Positions 58,840 to 64,000 of a stretch of DNA of 64,000 nt are shown piece by piece. The notes under the pieces were generated by a model. That model had not been told where the DNA came from. It made no database searches and saw only the letters and a program-made list of their open reading frames with translations. Each line of letters opens with the position of its first letter. Position 1 is the first letter of the stretch. The translations under genes and the position numbers were made by a program. Location of the stretch: positions 16,807-80,806 of the forward strand of contig JAJYXQ010000023.1 of NCBI GenBank assembly GCA_021796385.1, given 5' to 3'. This DNA is from Thermoplasmata archaeon (GTDB lineage Archaea > Thermoplasmatota > Thermoplasmata > Lutacidiplasmatales > UBA184).

Positions 58840-58914
58840 GGGCCGGATACCGCGTCATGGCTGATAATCCTTCTGACCGGAGCTGGGCTACTGGGCCATT
58901 GCGTCGCCCCAGGT

Positions 58915-60078
58915 TCAATCCAGCGTGAAGCCCGACTGGGGAGCGAACGGGGTGTGCGGGGGAGGGAAACGCAGGGCCGAGCAGGGTCCGAGCGGGGCGA
59001 GGTCTCCCGTCACCATGCTCTCGGCGAGACGCCGCATGGCGCCGCCGGCGCGCATCAGGCCGAACCCATTGAAACCCGTGGCGAGGAACAGGCCGGGGAC
59101 CCCTGGATACGGACCGAGCAGCGGCCGCCGGTCCGGCGTGGAGGTGATGACCCCGTGCCAGGCGCTCGAGAGCGGAGCCTCGGCCCAGTCCGGGAACCGG
59201 ACCTCGAGGAACTCGGCGATGTGCTCGACGAAGGCAAGGTTGTCCGTCGGCGCGACGCGATCCGGGTCCACCTCGACGAGCTCCGTCCCGTCCCCGGCGA
59301 GGATGTCCCCTCCCGGGAACGTCCGCAGGTAGACGTCCCGATCGGCATCATGGAAGTAGGGGAAACGCTGCGAGTTGCCCACCTTGAGGAGGCAGGCCCG
59401 AGTGAGATAGGGGGCGAGCGGCGCCGAGAGGCCCATCGTGGCGAGCACCTTCTTCGACCAGGCCCCCGCGGCGATGACCAGGGTCGGAGCCGCGGCCTCC
59501 CCCTCCGCGGTCTCCAACGACCAGAGGTCTCCCTTCCGCTGGACCGTTCCTTCCACGGGAGCGGGCAGCCCCCGTGTCCCCGCCTCCACCGCCTGACGGT
59601 AGTATAGCTGGGTCATGTCTGTGGGGAGGACGAGGGCATCCTCCGGGGTGAAGAGCGCCTGTCGGATACCGGCAAAGTTGCCGTGGGGATAGAGGGCGGC
59701 GAGCTCCGAGGGCCGCAGGATCTCGGCTGGGATCCCGTGCGATCGCAACCGGTCCAAGGTCCGGGCGATCGATCGTTCCCCTTCCGGGGTGCCGACCGCG
59801 CGGATCCCACCGGACGGCTCGTAGAGCCCGGTGTCCGCGAGCCTCGAGAGCTGGAGGTACTCCTTACGGGACTCCTCGACGGCCACCATGTCCCAGTCGT
59901 TCCAGCACTGGGCGGAGACAAGCCCGCCCGCCTTGCCCGAGGCGCCCGCGGCGGGCGAGTCCCTTTCGCACACGGCGACGGTCTTCCGATGGTCCCGTGC
60001 AAGATGATAGGCGAGCGCACTCCCCATGATGCCCGCGCCCACGATGAGCACGTCGAAGCGTTCCCTGTGCGGGGCCAT
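58915..60078 (-). CDS. FAD-dependent oxidoreductase (DAO family, sarcosine/glycine oxidase-like)
   Basis: N-terminal FDVLIVGAGIMGSALAYHLA dinucleotide-binding motif. C-terminal G..T.DG.P.IG motif. Confidence 0.85.
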   Translation of the reverse strand: MAPHRERFDVLIVGAGIMGSALAYHLARDHRKTVAVCERDSPAAGASGKAGGLVSAQCWNDWDMVAVEESRKEYLQLSRLADTGLYEPSGGIRAVGTPEGERSIARTLDRLRSHGIPAEILRPSELAALYPHGNFAGIRQALFTPEDALVLPTDMTQLYYRQAVEAGTRGLPAPVEGTVQRKGDLWSLETAEGEAAAPTLVIAAGAWSKKVLATMGLSAPLAPYLTRACLLKVGNSQRFPYFHDADRDVYLRTFPGGDILAGDGTELVEVDPDRVAPTDNLAFVEHIAEFLEVRFPDWAEAPLSSAWHGVITSTPDRRPLLGPYPGVPGLFLATGFNGFGLMRAGGAMRRLAESMVTGDLAPLGPCSALRFPPPHTPFAPQSGFTLD

Positions 60079-60202
60079 GGACTCTCCCGGGGACGGAGCG
60101 TCCGGGCCCTATTACGCTTCTTCCCGGGCGTTCCGGCTTCCTATCCGGGGTCCGGTCCGCGGCCGCTTCAAATCTTATCCCTCTCACTGCTATTTGGTAG
60201 CG

Positions 60203-61432
60203 ATGATCGCCATCGAGCCCTACCTCCTCCTTCTCCTGGCGGCCATCATCATCGTCATCATCTCGACCCGGTTCCACTTCCCCTACACGGTCGCGCTCGT
60301 GGTCCTCGGCGCCCTCCTCGGGCTTGCGGCGGAATGGACGGGGCTGCGGGGGGTCATCGGGGGAGCGAGCAACGTCCTCACCCCGGACCTCTTCTTCTAC
60401 GTCCTCCTCCCGCCGATCATCTTCGAGGCGGCACTGCACGTGAACTTCCGGAAGCTCCGGGCCCGGGCACCGCTCATCCTGTCCCTCGTGTTCTTCGGCG
60501 TGCTCTTCACGGCCTTCTTCACGGGCCTCGTCGTGAGCTACCTCTTGGCGATCCCGCTCGCCCTCGCCCTCCTCCTCTCGGCGATCCTCTCCCCCACCGA
60601 CCCCATCTCGGTCATCGATCTTCTCCACCGGCTCAAGGTGCCCGAGGAGCTCTCCACGATCGTGGAGAGCGAATCGCTCCTCAACGATGCCGTGGGCGTG
60701 ATCCTATTCGTGGTCGTGCTCCAGTACATCGAGAGCGGGGTGTTCGAACCGCTCTTCTCCGCCGTCGACTTTTTGTGGGTTGCGGGGGCCGGGGTCGGGG
60801 TGGGGGTGCTTGCCGCCATCGCCGTCTACGTGCTCCATCGCCACCTGGACGATCCTGCAGTCGAGACCGCACTCTCGGTCGTCGTGGCCTACGGGTCCTT
60901 CCTCCTGGCCCAAGACATCGGCGCCTCCGGGATCGCCGCCACCGCGATCGCTGGCATCGCGGTGGGGACCTGGGTCGCCCCCCGGGCCATGCGCCCCGAG
61001 GTACGCCTGACCCTCACCACCTTCTGGAAGGTGGTGGTGTACATCTCGACCTCGGTCATCTTCCTTTCGATGGGTCTCATCTTCGCCATCAGCAACGTGC
61101 TGCAGTACCTCGACATCGTCGTGATCGTGCTCGTCGCCCTCTTCGTGGGCCGGGCCCTCTTCGTCTATGCCCACCGGCCGCTCGCCCGGATCCTCCGGGG
61201 CCCGGATGCCCAGCTCCCACGGTCCTGGTACGGTGTCGTGACGCTCGCAGGCGTCCGGGGCGCCATCCCCGTGGCGCTATCGTTCTCGCTCCTCAGTGCG
61301 TCCACATCGCTCACCGGAAAGAACGTGTCCATGATCATCTCCGTCGTGATCGGAGTCGCCATCTTCTCGGTGATCATCGGTAACCTCATCTCCGGCTGGT
61401 ACGTGGAGGAGCACTTCCGCACCCCCACCTGA
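60203..61432 (+). CDS. Na+/H+ antiporter (CPA1/NhaP-type)
   Basis: 10-12 TM helices. SAILSPTDPISV motif typical of NhaP/CPA1. Start MIAIEPYLLLL. Confidence 0.85.
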   Translation: MIAIEPYLLLLLAAIIIVIISTRFHFPYTVALVVLGALLGLAAEWTGLRGVIGGASNVLTPDLFFYVLLPPIIFEAALHVNFRKLRARAPLILSLVFFGVLFTAFFTGLVVSYLLAIPLALALLLSAILSPTDPISVIDLLHRLKVPEELSTIVESESLLNDAVGVILFVVVLQYIESGVFEPLFSAVDFLWVAGAGVGVGVLAAIAVYVLHRHLDDPAVETALSVVVAYGSFLLAQDIGASGIAATAIAGIAVGTWVAPRAMRPEVRLTLTTFWKVVVYISTSVIFLSMGLIFAISNVLQYLDIVVIVLVALFVGRALFVYAHRPLARILRGPDAQLPRSWYGVVTLAGVRGAIPVALSFSLLSASTSLTGKNVSMIISVVIGVAIFSVIIGNLISGWYVEEHFRTPT

Positions 61433-61496
61433 CCCGAGCTCCCGCACTTGCGACCGCGCAGAAGGCCTATGTAACTGCGGTCTCTCCCGTTCTCCC

Positions 61497-62417
61497 ATGG
61501 ACGTCAAGGGAAGCGTGGCGCTGGTGACCGGAGGGGCCCGCGGGATCGGCCTCTCCATCGTCCGCTCCCTAGCGGAGGGAGGGGCCCGGGTCATCCTCGA
61601 CGACGCAGGGCTCTCGATCGACGGTCGGGAGGAGGACCCCACCCTGGCGGCCACCGTAGCGGCTGACCTACGCAAGGAGGGCTGGGAAGTCCGGCCGAGC
61701 GCCCTCAACGTCAGCCGCTGGGAAGATTGTCAAGCCCTCTACCGGTTCGCCCGGGAGACCTACGGCAAGGTCGACATCCTCGTGAACAACGCGGCGATCC
61801 TGCAGGACCGCATGGTGTTCAACATGGAGGAGCGGTCCTTTGAGCAGGTCCTCCGGAACAACCTCTTCTCGGCGTTCTACCTCACCCACCTCTGCTCCCG
61901 GGACATGCGGGAGGGCCTTCAGGGACGCATCCTCAATGTGGTGTCGACCTCGGGGCTCATCGGGAACCGGGGCCAGGCGAACTACGGGACAGCGAAGGGC
62001 GGGCTCGTGGCCCTCTCCCGGATCGCCGCGCTCGAGCTCGCCCGGTACGGGATCACAGTGAACGCCATCGCTCCGTTCGCCCATACCCGGGTGACCGAGA
62101 CGATCGAGCCCACGACCCCCTGGCTCGCGGAATACCTCGCCACGGTCAAGAACGTCGCACCCCCGGCGAGCGTCGGCACGCTCGTGCGCTATCTGTGCTC
62201 CGCCCGGGCCAAGGTGATCACGGGGCAGGTCTTCGGCGTCCGGGGGGGTGAGGTGTTCCTGTTCTCCCAGCCCCGACCGGTGGGCGTCGCCCGGACTGCC
62301 GGAAAGGAGACGCTCGATGAGGACTTCCTCGCCCAGACGTTCGACACCTGGGACAAGGAGGGGCTGTTCACCCCCTTGGAGACCGACCTCATGCACTTTT
62401 CGCGCAGATTTAAATAG
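61497..62417 (+). CDS. short-chain dehydrogenase/reductase (SDR) with C-terminal extension
   Basis: VTGGARGIG, NNAAIL, catalytic YGTAKGG. Confidence 0.85.
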   Translation: MDVKGSVALVTGGARGIGLSIVRSLAEGGARVILDDAGLSIDGREEDPTLAATVAADLRKEGWEVRPSALNVSRWEDCQALYRFARETYGKVDILVNNAAILQDRMVFNMEERSFEQVLRNNLFSAFYLTHLCSRDMREGLQGRILNVVSTSGLIGNRGQANYGTAKGGLVALSRIAALELARYGITVNAIAPFAHTRVTETIEPTTPWLAEYLATVKNVAPPASVGTLVRYLCSARAKVITGQVFGVRGGEVFLFSQPRPVGVARTAGKETLDEDFLAQTFDTWDKEGLFTPLETDLMHFSRRFK

Positions 62418-62442
62418 CCGAATAGGGTTCTTCGACCCTGCC

Positions 62443-63165
62443 ATGGACCCCGAGCGATTCCAGGGGGAGGTCCGGTCGGCCCAGGAGCTCGATGCCCACC
62501 CTCCCGAATACCGCACCGCGATCTCGAAGATCGTGGTGAGCCACGCGGTGAACGAGCTCAAAGGGGCGCTCACGTTCGATGAGCCGGCCATCCGGCTCGC
62601 CCCGACCCCCAAGTTCAAATGGCTCGTGAGCCGCAACACGATGGAGGAGTTCGGGCATCACATCCTCTTCGCCCGTCTCGCCGACGAGCTCCACGCGCCG
62701 TGGAAGGACAAGAAGTCCCTGACCCTCTTCGACTTCCCCGTCGTGGACTGGGTGGACTTCGGCGTCATCAAGGCGACCGTGGACATCGCCGAGCTCATCG
62801 AGCTCGACGACCTCGTCCAGTGCACGTACCTTCCGCTCCGGAAGGTCGCCAAGGACACGTACCCGGAAGAGAAGTTCCACGTGGGCCTCGGACGGGAGAT
62901 CATCAGCACGCTCCTTGACGAAGACCCGGGGAACCGGGAGCGGATCAACGCGACCCTCGCGCGCCTCTTCCCCGAGGCGCTGGACTTCTTTGGTGCAGCC
63001 CACTCCAAGAACAACGAGCTCTTCGTCCGCTGGGGCCTCAAGCGGCGCTCGAACAGCGCCATGCGGGCCGACTACGTCCGTCAGGTCCAGGAGTTCGCCC
63101 GGAAATACGAGCTGAAGATGCCGGACGTGCCCGCCAAGTACGCAGGGGAGATACCGGGAGGATGA
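62443..63165 (+). CDS. ferritin-like di-iron-carboxylate family protein (PaaA/PaaC-like), weakly assigned
   Basis: All-alpha with E..EE..H-like segments (NTMEEFGHHILF). ATGA overlap with the downstream cupin dioxygenase gene. Confidence 0.45.
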   Translation: MDPERFQGEVRSAQELDAHPPEYRTAISKIVVSHAVNELKGALTFDEPAIRLAPTPKFKWLVSRNTMEEFGHHILFARLADELHAPWKDKKSLTLFDFPVVDWVDFGVIKATVDIAELIELDDLVQCTYLPLRKVAKDTYPEEKFHVGLGREIISTLLDEDPGNRERINATLARLFPEALDFFGAAHSKNNELFVRWGLKRRSNSAMRADYVRQVQEFARKYELKMPDVPAKYAGEIPGG

Positions 63166-64000
63166 CCGCCGCGTCCTCTCGGCCACGCCCCGCAACGGCC
63201 TCGGCGGACCTCTCGGAGTATTTCGAAAGGGTCCGACAGCAGGGGATGGGTCCCCTCTGGAAGGCGATGGGGGAGCTCATGCCCACGACCCCGAAACCCC
63301 GGGAGGTCCCATACCAGTGGCGCTGGGCCGACATCCGGGACCTCGTCTACGAGAGCTCTAAGGTGGTCCGCGTCGAGGATGCCGTCCGGCGGGTCCTCAT
63401 GCTCCTCAACCCCGGCCTCCCTCCCGAGCAGGCTGCGGTCACCCAGACGCTCTATGCAGGCATCCAGATCATCCTCCCGGGCGAGGTCGCCCCCGCCCAC
63501 CGCCATACCCCGAACGCCCTCCGGTTCGTCATGGAGGGTGAGGGAGCCTTCACCACCGTCGAGGGGGAGAAGACGATCCTCCGCAAGGGCGATGTCGTCA
63601 CGACCCCGAACTGGACCTGGCACGACCATGGGAACGAGTCCAAAGGGCCGGTCGTCTGGCTCGATGCGCTCGACATCCCGCTCGTCAACGCCCTCTCCGG
63701 CATGTTCTACGAGGACTATCCGCAGAAGACCCACCCCGTGCGCGACGCGGCCAACAGCTCCCAACGGACGTACGGCCGGGCCCTGCGCCCCACCGGGGAA
63801 ACTCGCGCCTCCAACTATTCCCCGATCCTCAATTATACCTACGCGAGCGCCCGGGAGGCGCTGGAGAGCATGCCGAGCACCGCGTGGAGCCCGACCGAGG
63901 GCCGCGTCATCGAGTACATCAACCCGCTGACCGGCGGGCCCATCCTCCCCACGATGGATGCGTTCCTCCAGCAGGTCGACCCCGGCATGGACCTCAAAGC
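63162..64000 (+). CDS. gentisate 1,2-dioxygenase-like bicupin (3' partial, runs off window)
   Basis: HRHTPNALRFVMEGEGAFTTVEGEK and WHDHGNES cupin metal-binding motifs. Confidence 0.75.
   Translation, partial: MTAASSRPRPATASADLSEYFERVRQQGMGPLWKAMGELMPTTPKPREVPYQWRWADIRDLVYESSKVVRVEDAVRRVLMLLNPGLPPEQAAVTQTLYAGIQIILPGEVAPAHRHTPNALRFVMEGEGAFTTVEGEKTILRKGDVVTTPNWTWHDHGNESKGPVVWLDALDIPLVNALSGMFYEDYPQKTHPVRDAANSSQRTYGRALRPTGETRASNYSPILNYTYASAREALESMPSTAWSPTEGRVIEYINPLTGGPILPTMDAFLQQVDPGMDLK

Noticed and set aside
58339-63764. Long ORFs antisense to OsmC, FAD oxidoreductase, antiporter, SDR and cupin genes (422, 566, 323, 261, 227 aa)
   Set aside because: Each is opposite a gene with strong family motifs. 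Their compositions are typical of GC-rich antisense frames.
1-64000. CRISPR arrays and rRNA genes
   Set aside because: No run of regularly spaced direct repeats and no rRNA-like conserved segments were seen. The only structured RNA recognised is tRNA-Val.

Overview
This is a 64-kb segment of a high-GC (about 63-66%) chromosome, most likely archaeal. The archaeal call rests on three things read from the sequence: genes whose ATG lies about 25 nt downstream of TATA-like boxes (leaderless-type starts); many N-glycosylation-sequon-rich surface proteins that end in a transmembrane helix plus a basic tail; and a tRNA-Val with no encoded CCA. The left end carries an IS66-family transposase. It is followed by a visibly lower-GC island (about 52%) of roughly 8.5 kb (about 1.9-10.4 kb) that encodes a catalytically degenerate PIWI-domain protein resembling a short prokaryotic Argonaute. 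That gene is co-oriented with, and 54 bp upstream of, a tightly coupled Type III-like Mod methyltransferase / Res helicase-nuclease pair. A ParA-family ATPase with an unusual N-terminal extension and a small SAP-like protein follow. This PIWI + Mod + Res arrangement is the main candidate for a previously undescribed defence module. Next comes a toxin-antitoxin cluster (RHH-DUF4258-DUF2283, a HEPN/MNT pair with ATGA overlap, a Cas4-like C-terminal fragment). It is flanked by two copies of a roughly 75-bp repeat, and there is a duplicated RHH gene plus promoter 11 kb away. The rest of the window is core-like. It holds five paralogous YVTN/NHL beta-propeller surface proteins and a Kelch/PKD surface protein. 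It also holds a secreted NlpC/P60-CHAP-like protein with six tandem roughly 39-aa repeats next to a STAND ATPase-TPR-wHTH regulator. The remaining genes are an MMPL/RND transporter, purA (with no canonical in-frame start codon), a P-type ATPase, prolyl oligopeptidase, an FAH-family hydrolase, an OsmC-family protein, a Na+/H+ antiporter, an SDR reductase and a gentisate-dioxygenase-like cupin. Many long ORFs antisense to real genes are high-GC artefacts and were rejected. No CRISPR array or rRNA was found.
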